The translations under genes were made by a program, and so were the position numbers. Shown one piece after another: positions 1-10,622 of a stretch of DNA of 41,765 nt (positions are counted from its first letter, which is position 1; the number at the start of each line of letters is the position of its first letter). The notes below the pieces were generated by a model. That model did no database searches, was not told the origin of the DNA, and worked only from the letters and a program-made list of their open reading frames with translations. Location: the NCBI GenBank assembly GCA_903877395.1, contig CAIRDU010000145.1, positions 1-41,765 on the forward strand. Direction: 5' to 3'. The stretch is from an uncultured Planctomycetaceae bacterium. Lineage in GTDB: Bacteria > Planctomycetota > Planctomycetia > Pirellulales > UBA1268.

Positions 1-1
1 C

Positions 2-223
2 TTCTTGCCACCCGCCAAAGACGACACGTGGTTTACGCAGGAGCTCGTCGTCAAAGGCAAGGCCATGGCTGTGATCGTGGACGGTAGGGTGTTGTTTGAG
101 TTTGTGGAACCCGACGGCGTAACGGGCACTCGCAAGCTGTCGGCGGGCACATTTGCGTTGCAGGCTCACGATCCCGGTAGCGAAGTGCACTACAAAAACA
201 TCCGCGTGAAGCGGTTGCCATAG
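2..223 (+). CDS. DUF1080 (3-keto-disaccharide hydrolase-like) domain protein, 3' part only
   Basis: Frame is open from the window edge. The C-terminal motif GTFALQAHDPGSEVHYKNIRVKRL is typical of DUF1080. Confidence 0.8.
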   Translation, partial: FLPPAKDDTWFTQELVVKGKAMAVIVDGRVLFEFVEPDGVTGTRKLSAGTFALQAHDPGSEVHYKNIRVKRLP

Positions 224-460
224 CCCAAGATTTTACCGTTATGCTCGCTCACCAGTCCACATGCTGGTCCATGCTAGCACGGGCATACAAGCAAAATGCG
301 AGCATAGCAAAACGCCGACCAATATTTCATTGCAACACCCCCGCGTGCAGCAACACAATTCATTCGGGCTCGACGGCGTTGACCCCAGCGGCTTCAAACC
401 CTTAAATTTGCGCGGCTCTATTTGTGAACCATCGGCATCCTGCCGCGACGCCCCAAACCA

Positions 461-1435
461 GTGAGTGCTCCCATGATCACGTCTCCATTGCCTGCCGGAA
501 TTCGCAACGACATTACTCAGTGCATCGGCCGCACGCCGTTGGTGCGGCTCCGCCGGGTGACAGAGGGCTGCGTGGCCCATGTAGTCGGTAAAATTGAAAA
601 CATGAATCCGCTTTGGAGCGTGAAAGACAGAATCGCCTGTGCGATGATCGAAGCGGCTGAACGCGATGGACTCATTGGTCCTGACACAATCATCATAGAG
701 CCAACCAGCGGCAACACAGGAATCGGTCTGGCGTATGTCTGTGCAGCGCGGGGGTACAAACTGCGTGTCACAATGCCCGAAAGCATGAGTCTCGAGCGAC
801 GTAGGATGCTCAAGGCATTGGGGGCCGAACTGGTGCTCACGCCGGCAGCCGAGGGCATGCCAGGTGCCGTGCGGCATGCCGAAGAGATCAGTCAGTCGAG
901 CAAACAGTTCTTTATGCCGCAGCAGTTTAAGAACCCAGCGAATCCAGAAGTTCACCGCCGCACCACGGCAGAGGAAATCTGGCAGGACACAGAGGGGCAG
1001 ATTGATATGATCGTGTGTGGTGTCGGCACCGGCGGCACCATTACAGGCATCGGCGAAGTGCTGAAGAGCCGCAAGCCCGATGTGAAGGTGGTCGCCGTTG
1101 AGCCGCTGAACAGCCCAGTTATCTCCCAGAAACTTGCTGGCCAGCCGATCAAGCCAGGGAGGCACACGCTCCAAGGCATCGGCGCGGGTTTTATTCCAGA
1201 CATACTCAACCTCGACATCATTGATGAGGTGGTCAAGGTGGACGATGAAGATGCCATGGAAACAGCCCGACAGATGGCCAAACGCGAGGGGTTGATGTGC
1301 GGGATCAGTTGTGGTGCGGCCGCCTGGGGTGCATTACAGATGGCTCGCCGTCAGGAAAACGCCGGCAAGCTCATCGTTGTCGTGCTGCCCGATCTGGGTG
1401 AACGCTATCTCTCGACTAGGCTTTTTCCAGAGTAG
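461..1435 (+). CDS. cysK: Cysteine synthase A (O-acetylserine sulfhydrylase)
   Basis: [12 protein letters not shown]-lysine motif [47 protein letters not shown]. Start is GTG 461 or ATG 473. Confidence 0.95.
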   Translation: MSAPMITSPLPAGIRNDITQCIGRTPLVRLRRVTEGCVAHVVGKIENMNPLWSVKDRIACAMIEAAERDGLIGPDTIIIEPTSGNTGIGLAYVCAARGYKLRVTMPESMSLERRRMLKALGAELVLTPAAEGMPGAVRHAEEISQSSKQFFMPQQFKNPANPEVHRRTTAEEIWQDTEGQIDMIVCGVGTGGTITGIGEVLKSRKPDVKVVAVEPLNSPVISQKLAGQPIKPGRHTLQGIGAGFIPDILNLDIIDEVVKVDDEDAMETARQMAKREGLMCGISCGAAAWGALQMARRQENAGKLIVVVLPDLGERYLSTRLFPE

Positions 1436-1472
1436 GGCACGTTTGAATTGTGCGATACGTTTGCTGAGTGGA

Positions 1473-2276
1473 TCACTTGCTCTGGTTTCGGCGCTGGTTG
1501 AACAGCCAGTCGAAGACTGCAGGATCGCCGTAGGCGGGCGTCCAGGCATCGTGCCCGATGCCAGAGAATTCGGAGTATCGTGGCGAACCCCCGGCTGCTT
1601 TCACCGCCTCGATCATGGTGCGGGATCGCTCTACAGGCACGGCTGTGTCGGCATCGCCATGGAAGCACCAGATCGGTAGTGCGGCCAACTTGAGACCTGT
1701 TCGTTCGTCGCCGCCGCCGCAGATTGGGATGATCGCAGCGAATCGATCCGGCAAACGTGAGGCCAAATCCCACGTGCCGTAGCCACCCATCGAGAGGCCG
1801 GTCAGATAGATACGATCGGGATCCACGTTTTCGTGATCGAGCACATCGTTCATGGCTGCCAGCGCGGCCGAGAGGTCGGTGGTCGGCTGTGGTGGTTGGG
1901 GCGTGCTTTTCTTGTCGTTCCACGAGACATCCGCCCAGCGTTCATCCATTCGGCACTGCGGGGCAAGCACAAAGCAGGGGTGCTTGTGTTGCGAGTGTGG
2001 CTCGGCCATCCATGTGGGCAGATACTTGAGCTGCTTCAGATTATCGCTGCCCCGCTCTCCAGCACCGTGTAGAAAAAGTACGAGGGGATATCGCTGGCCT
2101 TTGGGAAGCGTCTTTGGACGAAGCAAACGGTAGCGAAACGCAACGTCGGTGCCAGATTCCGACACTTTTACAGTGCGTTCCTCAAAGGGCGTGCGGGCAT
2201 CGAGGGCAACCCGATCGAGTTGGTTCGCTTCCGGAGCCTGAGTTATTTGCACAGTTGCTCCCGGCTCAATGTCCAT
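1473..2276 (-). CDS. Alpha/beta-hydrolase (phospholipase/carboxylesterase or predicted peptidase family)
   Basis: YPLVLFLHGAGERGSDN, nucleophile GLSMGG, HGDADTAVP, GHDAW. ATG 2276 lies one base after the TGA of the upstream J-domain gene. Confidence 0.85.
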   Translation of the reverse strand: MDIEPGATVQITQAPEANQLDRVALDARTPFEERTVKVSESGTDVAFRYRLLRPKTLPKGQRYPLVLFLHGAGERGSDNLKQLKYLPTWMAEPHSQHKHPCFVLAPQCRMDERWADVSWNDKKSTPQPPQPTTDLSAALAAMNDVLDHENVDPDRIYLTGLSMGGYGTWDLASRLPDRFAAIIPICGGGDERTGLKLAALPIWCFHGDADTAVPVERSRTMIEAVKAAGGSPRYSEFSGIGHDAWTPAYGDPAVFDWLFNQRRNQSK

Positions 2277-2277
2277 C

Positions 2278-3003
2278 TCAAGACTCCTCTGCGGTATCAC
2301 CTAGGGATAGCTTGACGCGGCGGGGCATGCTCAAGCGAGAGAACATCCCAAGAGCGCCTTTTGGCAGCCCCAGAAATACTAGATGTTCAAACCATTTCGG
2401 GATCTCGCCAGCGAGTTTGCCAACCGCCGTGCCGCGGAGATCGAGCGACCTAAGATTTTTGAGATCTTTGAGTTGCTGGAGCCCTTCGTCGGTGAGCGTG
2501 CCGCCGGCCAGATCGAGCACAGAAAGATCCTTGAGCGATGCGGCGCGAAATCCGAGCAGGATCGCGTAGAGATCGTCGGCGGCCGGTCCCCGCAATCGCA
2601 CTGTCACAAGCTTGTCAGCGACATGGCCAAAGTCTTCCCCAAACGACTTTCTCAGCCAGTCAGTCTCTTCCATTTCGACCTCCCCGCCGCGTTCGATGGT
2701 CTCGGAGACCACCTCCTGCTGCTGCGAGTACGCGTCGATCTTGGATGCCAGCCACTCCAGTTTGCCAGCTTTAAACTTGACAAAGTCGTTGGCCTCATCA
2801 AATGCCTTTTGGACTCGGATAAACTGTTGTGGATCACCACCTCGATCGGGATGCATGGCCATCGCCTTCACGAGATATGCTTGCTTGACATCTTCTACGG
2901 TCACCGGTGGCTTGAGCCCCAAAATGGTTAAGCACTCAGGATGCGTTTGATCGGCCGTCGGTTGAGAAGCAGGTGTGGGCTGAGAGGCAGATGGTTGGGG
3001 CAT
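2278..3003 (-). CDS. DnaJ (J-domain) protein with C-terminal leucine-rich repeats
   Basis: J-domain ILGL..VKQAY..AMHPDRGGDPQQF..VQKAFDEA with the HPD motif. LRR-like LKDLSVLDLAGGTLTDEGLQQLKDLKNLRSLDLRGT. Confidence 0.8.
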   Translation of the reverse strand: MPQPSASQPTPASQPTADQTHPECLTILGLKPPVTVEDVKQAYLVKAMAMHPDRGGDPQQFIRVQKAFDEANDFVKFKAGKLEWLASKIDAYSQQQEVVSETIERGGEVEMEETDWLRKSFGEDFGHVADKLVTVRLRGPAADDLYAILLGFRAASLKDLSVLDLAGGTLTDEGLQQLKDLKNLRSLDLRGTAVGKLAGEIPKWFEHLVFLGLPKGALGMFSRLSMPRRVKLSLGDTAEES

Positions 3004-3207
3004 AGAAAAGGCCGTTCGGAGCAAGGGGAACCGGCGAGCGAACTCCCGGAAGATTTCCCCCCCAGACTAAACGAGTTTTAGTACGAGAAGCAAACTTGAG
3101 TACCAGAAGCAAATTGAGCCCCAGATTTCAGAGGCGGTCTCGCCTTGATTGCGGTGGCCTCATTCTCTATTTTCCCACATGGATTCCCCAGCCAAGGAGG
3201 GCTTTTG

Positions 3208-5226
3208 ATGAACTGGCTCAACCAGAGCGTTGATTTCGTGCGCACGCGGTACTCTTGGAAGATAGGGCCCGCAGCGACACACAAAGCCCCACAGTCCCCC
3301 AGCCTCGCTGATTCACTGCGACAGATGCTGGCCATTTTGAGCGTTGTGGCGGCGTGTCTTGTATGGCGTTTATTTGCGGGTGGCGTTCAAGCAGACGCCA
3401 CGCCACCGACGACTGCACCAAAGCCAATGTCTGGCGTCGTGCATCCTGCCGCCGGCCAGCCAGCCATCGATACGATGATGGCGATGGTAAACGGTGCCGA
3501 GATTGGCCGGGCCCAACTCACCGCCGAGTGCTTGAGTCGCCACGGCACTGCTGTGTTGGAGACACTTGTCAATCGCAAGATCATCGAGCAAGCCTGTCTG
3601 CGTCAGGGAGTGACGGTAACCGCACAGGATATCGATGCCGATATCGATGCGATGTCGCGCAGGTTTAACGTGCCTCGCGACCAGTGGATCGAACTCATTC
3701 AAAAGGAGCGAGGGATCACCGCCCGCCAGTATTCCGAGGAGATCGTCTGGCCGATGGTATCGCTGCGCAGGTTGGCCCATGCAGCCATTGAACCGGCTCC
3801 CGAAGAAGTGACACAAGCCTTTGAAAACCAGTTTGGCCCATCGGTCAAAGCGCGCATCATTGTGGTGCGTTCGCAGTTGGAAGCCGAGCAGTTGCGAGCC
3901 AAGGCGATCGCAGCACCAAACGATTTTGGTGCGTTGGCACGGCAGCATTCCGTGGACGTCGGCAGTGCCAGCGCAAACGGTTGGGTGCAGCCGATTCGCA
4001 GGCATTCTGGCGAAGCTCGCTTTGAGGCAGTTGCCTTCGGACTTTCGCCGGGAGGAATATCCACAGTCGTGCAGGTGGCCGATCAGTTTATCGTGGTGAA
4101 GTGCGAGGGCCATCTGCCTGCCGCCGACGCGAAGTTTGAGGAAGTAAGAGCGAGGCTTGCAGAGGAACTCCGCGAACGGAAGAGCCGTGCGGCTTCGGGC
4201 GATTTTTTTCGCCAACTGCAGGAAGCCTCTACCGTAGAAAATATCCTCAACGATCCAGTTCGAAGTGCCGCAAATCCGGGTATGGCGGCAAGCGTCAACG
4301 GAGATCGCATTGAGGTCGCTCAAGTGCAAAACGTCTGCCTAGAGAGGCATGGCGCCGAGGTGATCGAGATTCTTATCACCCGTGCGCTCTTGCAGCAGGC
4401 GCTCGATCGGGAGCGGCAGAAGGTGACGCAGGCCGATATTAACGCAGAGATTGTTCGTGCCGCAGAGGCGATGGGCTTTCGCAAGGCCGATGGCTCGGCC
4501 GATACTGCCGCGTGGCTGGAACGGGTCACGCGGGATCAAAAAATGCCGCTACGGCACTACGCCGAAGACATTGTGCAGCCGACTGTCGCGCTTCAGAAGC
4601 TCGTGGGGAAGGTGCCCGTGTCGAAGGAGGACCTGGACAAAGCGTTTGCAGCCACGTTTGGGCCGCGGGCAAAGTGCCGGGTGATTGTGTTGGATAATCA
4701 GCGGCGAGCCCAAGAGGTGTGGCAACTGGCCCGGGAGCAATTGTCGGTCGAACGCATCGGCGAACTGGCCGAGAAATACTCGGTCGATCCCACGAGTCGA
4801 ACGTTGCGAGGCGAGGTGCCACCAATCCAGCGACACGGCGGTCAACCCGCCCTTGAGCGGGAGGCTTTTGCACTCAAACCTGGCGAACTGTCGGGCGTGG
4901 TGCAGGTGTCGGATCGGTTTATCGTGCTGTTCTGCGAAGGCTATACGAACCCCGCGGCGGTACAATTTTCCGAGGTGCGGGATGAACTGTTTGCAGACAT
5001 TTTTGAGAAAAAACAACGGATCGAGATGGCACGGTATTTTTCTCACCTGCGAGAAGGCGCGGCGATCGACAATTTTTTGGCAGGCACGAGCCAGTCGCCC
5101 GCTCAGGCGACCACTCCACGGGCTGGGTCGCCTCCGAAGTCGATGCTTTCGGCCAGCGAGATCGAAGATTTGGGCCGTCCGCGTGCCGGTAGTCGGCAGG
5201 CCGCCCAGTCGGTCCCCAGCCGATAA
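3208..5226 (+). CDS. Parvulin-type peptidyl-prolyl isomerase / PrsA-SurA-like foldase with duplicated chaperone and rotamase modules
   Basis: SD AAGGAGG at 3194-3200 before ATG 3208. Hydrophobic N-terminal segment. Two AxVNGxxI chaperone modules and two rotamase motifs ([22 protein letters not shown]). Confidence 0.85.
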   Translation: MNWLNQSVDFVRTRYSWKIGPAATHKAPQSPSLADSLRQMLAILSVVAACLVWRLFAGGVQADATPPTTAPKPMSGVVHPAAGQPAIDTMMAMVNGAEIGRAQLTAECLSRHGTAVLETLVNRKIIEQACLRQGVTVTAQDIDADIDAMSRRFNVPRDQWIELIQKERGITARQYSEEIVWPMVSLRRLAHAAIEPAPEEVTQAFENQFGPSVKARIIVVRSQLEAEQLRAKAIAAPNDFGALARQHSVDVGSASANGWVQPIRRHSGEARFEAVAFGLSPGGISTVVQVADQFIVVKCEGHLPAADAKFEEVRARLAEELRERKSRAASGDFFRQLQEASTVENILNDPVRSAANPGMAASVNGDRIEVAQVQNVCLERHGAEVIEILITRALLQQALDRERQKVTQADINAEIVRAAEAMGFRKADGSADTAAWLERVTRDQKMPLRHYAEDIVQPTVALQKLVGKVPVSKEDLDKAFAATFGPRAKCRVIVLDNQRRAQEVWQLAREQLSVERIGELAEKYSVDPTSRTLRGEVPPIQRHGGQPALEREAFALKPGELSGVVQVSDRFIVLFCEGYTNPAAVQFSEVRDELFADIFEKKQRIEMARYFSHLREGAAIDNFLAGTSQSPAQATTPRAGSPPKSMLSASEIEDLGRPRAGSRQAAQSVPSR

Positions 5227-5317
5227 GCAGCCTCGTCGAAGCCCGAATGGAGGGCGAGTCGATTCGCAGAGCCTGTCAGATCGGTGTAAGATAGAACACC
5301 TCCTCCGGACTCAATGC

Positions 5318-6712
5318 ATGACCACGCCATCTGATTCGATCCCTTCCAAGTTGCCCGTTTCGGCGTCGCTGCCTCTCAATTCTGCGACCAATGTGGCTCA
5401 GGATCGGGCATCCAAGAGCGACGATCTCGCGGATATCGCCCCGGTGGACCTCAACCGGCCGTTTGAGATTCGTGTGGCTGATCGGATCTCTCAACTGCCC
5501 CCCTATCTCTTTGCCCGGATTAACCAACTGACGTATCAAAAACGGCGGGCCGGAACCGACGTGATCGATATGAGCATGGGCAATCCATCCGATCCTCCGT
5601 CACAGCGGGTGATCGAGAAGCTCACTGAGGCGGCCAACGATCCCCGCAATCACGGCTATGCACCGGCCTTGGGGATCATGAGTCTTCGCCGCGAGGTGGC
5701 CTCGCGGTATCTGAAGAAGTGGGGGGTGCGGCTGGATCCAGAATCTGAGGTGATCTCTACGCTTGGCTCAAAGGAAGGATTTGGCCACCTCTGCTTGGCG
5801 CTGATCTGTCCGGGTGACAGTGCGGTGGTGCCGGCGCCCTCGTACCCGGCCCACGTCTATGGAGTGGCGTTGGCGTCGGGTAATCCCGTACTCATCGATA
5901 CAACCGATCCATCCCGCTACCTCTCCGATATTGCAAAGACGTGCGAAACGATTCAACCAAAGATGGTGGTTGTTAATTTTCCACACAACCCAACGGCTAC
6001 CGTCGTGGGCCCCGATTTCTACGAAGACGTTGTGGGTTTGGCAAAACGCTACGGCTTCATGCTCGTCTCCGATCTGGCCTACGCAGACGTCACATTCGAC
6101 GGCTACACCACTCCCAGTATTCTGGCAGTGGACGGAGCTAAGCGGTTTGCCATCGAGTTCACCACGATGAGCAAGGGCTTCAACATGGCTGGCTGGCGAG
6201 TGGGCTTCTGCGCTGGCAACCGCGAGATCGTGCGGGCGCTTGGAACGATCAAGACCTACTACGACTACGGTATGTTTCGCCCGATCCAGATTGCGGCGAT
6301 CATGGCGCTTCGGCACGGCGAAGCCGATGTTGAGGCACAGGCAAAAGTGTACGAGCACCGCCGCGACGTGCTCTGCGAAGGCCTTGCCCGTATTGGCTGG
6401 CCGGTGACGATTCCAAAGGCCAGTATGTTTGTCTGGGCCAAGATTCCGGAACCATTTGCGAGCCGGATGACGAGTATGGAGTTTGCCACAAAATTACTGG
6501 AAGAAGCAGACGTTGCCGTCAGCCCAGGGGCGGGCTTCGGCGCAGCTGGCGAGGGCTACGTCAGGCTGGCTTTGATTGAAAATGAAAACAGACTTCGCCA
6601 AGCCGTGCGGCAGATCGGTCGGGCTCTTGGCGACGAGTTCAAAGCCGCCTCCACCAACTTCGCCCCAAACACACCGTCTTCCCTCTCCCCGGCATCCAAA
6701 CCCGAGGCGTAA
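5318..6712 (+). CDS. PLP-dependent class I/II aminotransferase (AlaC / LL-DAP aminotransferase-like)
   Basis: LPPYLF, MGNPSD, GSKEG, NFPHNPT, DLAYAD, PLP-lysine [14 protein letters not shown], and AlaC-like [10 protein letters not shown]. The ORF-track extension to 4685 overlaps the foldase gene and is spurious. Confidence 0.85.
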   Translation: MTTPSDSIPSKLPVSASLPLNSATNVAQDRASKSDDLADIAPVDLNRPFEIRVADRISQLPPYLFARINQLTYQKRRAGTDVIDMSMGNPSDPPSQRVIEKLTEAANDPRNHGYAPALGIMSLRREVASRYLKKWGVRLDPESEVISTLGSKEGFGHLCLALICPGDSAVVPAPSYPAHVYGVALASGNPVLIDTTDPSRYLSDIAKTCETIQPKMVVVNFPHNPTATVVGPDFYEDVVGLAKRYGFMLVSDLAYADVTFDGYTTPSILAVDGAKRFAIEFTTMSKGFNMAGWRVGFCAGNREIVRALGTIKTYYDYGMFRPIQIAAIMALRHGEADVEAQAKVYEHRRDVLCEGLARIGWPVTIPKASMFVWAKIPEPFASRMTSMEFATKLLEEADVAVSPGAGFGAAGEGYVRLALIENENRLRQAVRQIGRALGDEFKAASTNFAPNTPSSLSPASKPEA

Positions 6713-6785
6713 GCCGGAACAGAACCCAAGCGGCTTCACGTGTCTCAACGTGTTTTGCCGCCGGCCAACCATCGGCCGCCAAGTG

Positions 6786-8330
6786 TTACAGTTCTGGACA
6801 AACAGCTTCAGCAACGGCGGCTTCCCGTAATTTCTCCAAGGCTTTGGCCTCGATTTGTCGAACCCGCTCCTTCGTCACGCCCAAAGCCGAGCCGACTTCC
6901 TTCAGCGTTTGCGGCTCTCGCTCATGATCGAGACCGTAGCGGCGGATGATGATTGTCTGCTCCCGCGAATCGAGCCGGTCGAGGAACTTCCCTACCTGCT
7001 GCATCCGGTCGCTTTCGGCGAGGCGTTGCTGTGACTCGTCGGGGTGGCGATCGGTGGCACTTTGGAGCAGGTCCATGTCGGCAGCACAGAAGCGGTCGCG
7101 ACGCCGATGCTCGTCGGGAATCGTGCGGGCATAATTCATCATGATCGCCCATGAAGCATACGTACTAAACTTGTTGCCCCGCGAGTAATCAAACTTCTCA
7201 ACGGCGCGAATGAGTGACATGTTGCCATCGCTGACCAAATCGAAGAAGCTGTCGCCTGGCGAGACGCGACGTTTGGCAATCGAGACCACCAAGCGAAGGT
7301 TCGCGCGCACCAGACGGTTTTTGAGGGCCACGACTTCTTCGTAGATCTTGTCGATTTGATCCATTAACCGCGTGCTTGGACGCTCCGGGTTGAGCTGCTC
7401 TCGCAGTTTCGACGCCTTGTACTTGAGGTAGTTGAACTTACGGAACAGCCACACTTCCTGCTCGCGGGTGAGGAGCGGCACTTCATAGAGGCTGGCCAGA
7501 TAGGCAGGCAATCCCGTGGGACGGCGAACCTTTTTAACTGCCTCTTCGGCACCAGGAAACGGCTGATCCACCACTTTTTCGGCGCTCTTGCGGGCAAATA
7601 GAGCGCTTGGCATGAAGTCGATCGGCAGTTGCAGCACGTGCTTCGCACGCTCGGCAAGGATCACCCGATAGATGCTGGCTCGCGAACGGCGGTAGCGAGC
7701 GGCGATGGAATCGACCTGTTCCCCACGCGCGTAAAGCTGATAGATCCGCTCGCAGGTTTCCTCCCGCAACCGGCCATCGTTCGCGGCAAAGACAGCTGAC
7801 TCAAGATGCTCCTGATCGTACTGTTTGATCGTATAGCGGATCGTTTCCACACTGCGGTTGAGCCGCTTGGCGATCCGACGATGCACGTCAGCCGGGCAGG
7901 CGCCAGCAGTAGCCAGTCGCCTAGCCCACGAGATGATTTTTTCTTGTTCATCGGCGGAAAGCTGGCTAAAACGGCTGCCACGCTGGATTCGCAGCGGATT
8001 GGTTTCCATGAAGCGATCGACCATGCTGGCCGGAAATCCAACTCGCTTGCGGCCCCCTACCTCGTAGTGCTGGGCTTGGAGTCCATGACCACGCCAGCGA
8101 GAGATCGTCTTGGTAGAAACGCTAAAACGCTTCGCGATTTCCTCGATCGACAGAACCTGCTCGCCACCGGTGGTTCCCGAAGGTTGGCCACTCGCTGCCA
8201 CGCGTTGGGCAACTGGTTGTGCGGGCGCGGGAGTGACGGTCTGAAAGTCTCCCGAACGCGGTTGGAACATCATCGGAATCTGATCGTCCTTGAACAGATG
8301 AACCAGTGGGTCTGAGTTATTGGATCGCAT
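6786..8330 (-). CDS. RpoD-like sigma-70 family factor with N-terminal HTH extension
   Basis: Region 1.2 AYLASLYEVPLLTREQE, region 2 ANLRLVVSIAKR...AVEKFDYSRGNKFSTYASWAI, region 4 TLKEVGSALGVTKERVRQIEAKAL. SD AGGAG precedes ATG 8330. Confidence 0.9.
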   Translation of the reverse strand: MRSNNSDPLVHLFKDDQIPMMFQPRSGDFQTVTPAPAQPVAQRVAASGQPSGTTGGEQVLSIEEIAKRFSVSTKTISRWRGHGLQAQHYEVGGRKRVGFPASMVDRFMETNPLRIQRGSRFSQLSADEQEKIISWARRLATAGACPADVHRRIAKRLNRSVETIRYTIKQYDQEHLESAVFAANDGRLREETCERIYQLYARGEQVDSIAARYRRSRASIYRVILAERAKHVLQLPIDFMPSALFARKSAEKVVDQPFPGAEEAVKKVRRPTGLPAYLASLYEVPLLTREQEVWLFRKFNYLKYKASKLREQLNPERPSTRLMDQIDKIYEEVVALKNRLVRANLRLVVSIAKRRVSPGDSFFDLVSDGNMSLIRAVEKFDYSRGNKFSTYASWAIMMNYARTIPDEHRRRDRFCAADMDLLQSATDRHPDESQQRLAESDRMQQVGKFLDRLDSREQTIIIRRYGLDHEREPQTLKEVGSALGVTKERVRQIEAKALEKLREAAVAEAVCPEL

Positions 8331-8778
8331 GACTGTATCTCCTGTGTCGATGATCTGCCGAGAGAACCTAGTTCCACCGAAAGACCACAAAACCACCGCA
8401 TCGAAACCGTCCACGCTTGGGGGGCCATCCGTAACCCCCCACCGCATCTCTTGGACGTGAGATTTATACGCACCCACACTTGAAAGGTTCGGAGTCCGGC
8501 CGATTTTCTTGAGTTTTTTTCGTCGAGACTGATTAAACAGACGTTTTTTTGGCCACCAGATTCTAAGAGTCTATTGGCTCAGGGGGGGCTTTTGCTAGTG
8601 GACACCTAGTATTTTCTGGCAGATAAACGGTTGAAATTGGGTGAGATAGACATGCAAAAGAGAAGAAAACAGTTGCTTTTGGCTCTGAAATCCGAAAAGA
8701 GGCGTAGCCAGTGTTGTTTGCGATGCGTCTCACGGTGCCATCTTGCCAAGGCCAGCTAGTGAATAAAGGGGAAACACG

Positions 8779-10365
8779 ATGATAACCACAAGACATTCCC
8801 TAGAGAGAGCCTTCCTGTGCCTTGTGGCTCGGCGGCAGGGCCAGCATCTCAATGCGATCGTCGTGGTCAGCGGGATCCTGCTAGCGGGATTCATTCGGCC
8901 TGGCGGTGTCCAGGGGCAGGAAACCGATGCAGAAGAATCCATTGCGGCTTCGGTGGCCGCTGGGCCTCTGGAGCAGCGGGTGCGAGTGAAGTTGGATGTG
9001 GCTGGAGAATTATTTGCGTCAGCTGGCCGCGGCGAGGAGCCCGTCCGGCAGCCCATTGAAGTGTCGGCCCGATTCGACTTTATGGAATCCAAGGCCCAAG
9101 AGCCACCGGTCGTGGCTCGCGCTGCTGCAACTCGCCGCTATCTCGACGCCACGGCGGAGATTCGCGTGGATGGAAAAGTTTCGCGCACAGTGCTCGCCAA
9201 TGATGCCCGAATGCTCATGGTAGCGAGGCTAGGCACAACACCGGTGCCATTTCTCGCAGCGGCATTTCTATCGCGAGATGAACTGGATTTCCTAGAAACC
9301 CCGTTTGATTCGCTGCTGCTCGATGAATTGCTGCCGAAGGGCCCTGTGGCTGTCGGCGAATCGTGGCAGATTTCCGGCGATGTGACCGCTGGCCTGCTGG
9401 CCATCGATACGGTGGAGAACGGCGTGCTGGAAGCCACGCTCAAGGAAACTGGAGACGGCCGAGCGCAGATTTCGCTGGCCGGTATCGTTGAGGGTGCAGC
9501 AGATGGAGTGCCCACGCACGTTGTGGTTGAAGGCACGTTCACCGTTGCAGCAAGCGACGTTGAGGATTCTGAATCGTTGAATCGCCAGCATCTGGCTGGA
9601 CCTGTGGCCACTGTTTCAGTCGTACTTCGGGAACGCCGGCAGGCCAGCCACGTGGCAGCCGGATTTGAAGTGGAGGCTCGGCTGTCTGTGTCTAGGACGT
9701 CTCAACTACCCGCCACCACTTCCGAGAGCGACGCAGCAGCCGACAGCGTCGCCACTGAAGTTGTGACTGCCCAGGAGAGCCAGAGCGATACCTCGGCCAC
9801 CCAAGCCACCCAAGAGAAAGTCGTTCGAAGGCAAGGCATTGGACAGCCCGAGACGGTGTGGCACAGCGATCAGGCGGGTCGATACGATCTGGTGCACGAT
9901 CAGCGATGGCGTATGGTTGAAGATGGCCCCTCTGGCCTAGTGATGCGGCTGGTTGATTGCGGAGCGCTCGTGGGGCAGTGCTCGATCACAGCTCTGCCGC
10001 GAGCCGACGCCGACGTCACCCCGGCCATTGGCGAGGTGCAGCGAGATATTCAGCGGTCGCTGGCGGGGCAGTTCCGTGCCATCGAGGAAGCCACCGAAAC
10101 AACCCTGCACACAACCACGATCAACCCGATCAAGATGGTGCGAGTTGTGTCGGCCGGCACGGCCGAGAATCTGCCGTTTCGATGGATTCACTGTATTCTG
10201 TGGGATGCCCAAGGGAGGCGAGTGAGCGTCGCCTTCATGCTGGAGGCATCGATGCAAAAACGATTTGGCGACGCCGACCGTGAACTCGTCGAAGGGCTGC
10301 AGTTTGTCGCAAAGGATTCGGAATCCAAGCCCGCTGTCGCCAAGGAAGCCCGCCTGCCGCGATAG
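8779..10365 (+). CDS. Hypothetical exported protein
   Basis: 528-aa ORF with a GGGGA SD-like site and an N-terminal hydrophobic segment (AIVVVSGILLAGFI). No recognised catalytic motif. Confidence 0.75.
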   Translation: MITTRHSLERAFLCLVARRQGQHLNAIVVVSGILLAGFIRPGGVQGQETDAEESIAASVAAGPLEQRVRVKLDVAGELFASAGRGEEPVRQPIEVSARFDFMESKAQEPPVVARAAATRRYLDATAEIRVDGKVSRTVLANDARMLMVARLGTTPVPFLAAAFLSRDELDFLETPFDSLLLDELLPKGPVAVGESWQISGDVTAGLLAIDTVENGVLEATLKETGDGRAQISLAGIVEGAADGVPTHVVVEGTFTVAASDVEDSESLNRQHLAGPVATVSVVLRERRQASHVAAGFEVEARLSVSRTSQLPATTSESDAAADSVATEVVTAQESQSDTSATQATQEKVVRRQGIGQPETVWHSDQAGRYDLVHDQRWRMVEDGPSGLVMRLVDCGALVGQCSITALPRADADVTPAIGEVQRDIQRSLAGQFRAIEEATETTLHTTTINPIKMVRVVSAGTAENLPFRWIHCILWDAQGRRVSVAFMLEASMQKRFGDADRELVEGLQFVAKDSESKPAVAKEARLPR

Positions 10366-10491
10366 AGTGCGTGAGCAACAGGAATGCCTCGGCAGTAGCG
10401 GGGCACACCTAAAATAAATAGCCAGCGGATGAACTGGGTGCCGTTGTTGAACCGAAGTTCGTCCCGTAGATGCACACTCGCAGCACATCAG

Positions 10492-10520
10492 GACCGCAGT
10501 TTTTCAAGCCTTCTGCGGTC
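10492..10520 (+). terminator. Inverted repeat GACCGCAG/CTGCGGTC, possible terminator
   Basis: Perfect 8-bp inverted repeat with a 13-nt loop, followed by GTTTC, between the hypothetical gene and the infC promoter region. Confidence 0.35.
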
Positions 10521-10592
10521 GTTTCAACAGCACGCTAGAATCTCGTAGACCACTTGGGAATGGGCCCCGTTGGCACGTAAAAGAGGCCTGCC

Positions 10593-10622
10593 TTGACGTG
10601 TCCCCCCTGCGGGTGAAATACT
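10593..10622 (+). promoter_or_regulatory. Putative sigma-70 promoter of the infC operon
   Basis: TTGACG, 18-nt spacer, then AATACT preceded by TG (extended -10-like). Confidence 0.4.

Noticed and set aside
239-1174. 311-aa antisense ORF over cysK, and similar long antisense ORFs over the foldase, pheS, fumC and carA
   Set aside because: Shadow ORFs caused by GC-rich codon bias opposite well-conserved genes. They have no recognisable motifs of their own.
4685-5317. N-terminal extension of the aminotransferase ORF overlapping the foldase gene
   Set aside because: Arg/Cys-rich off-frame read of the upstream gene. Family similarity begins only after ATG 5318.
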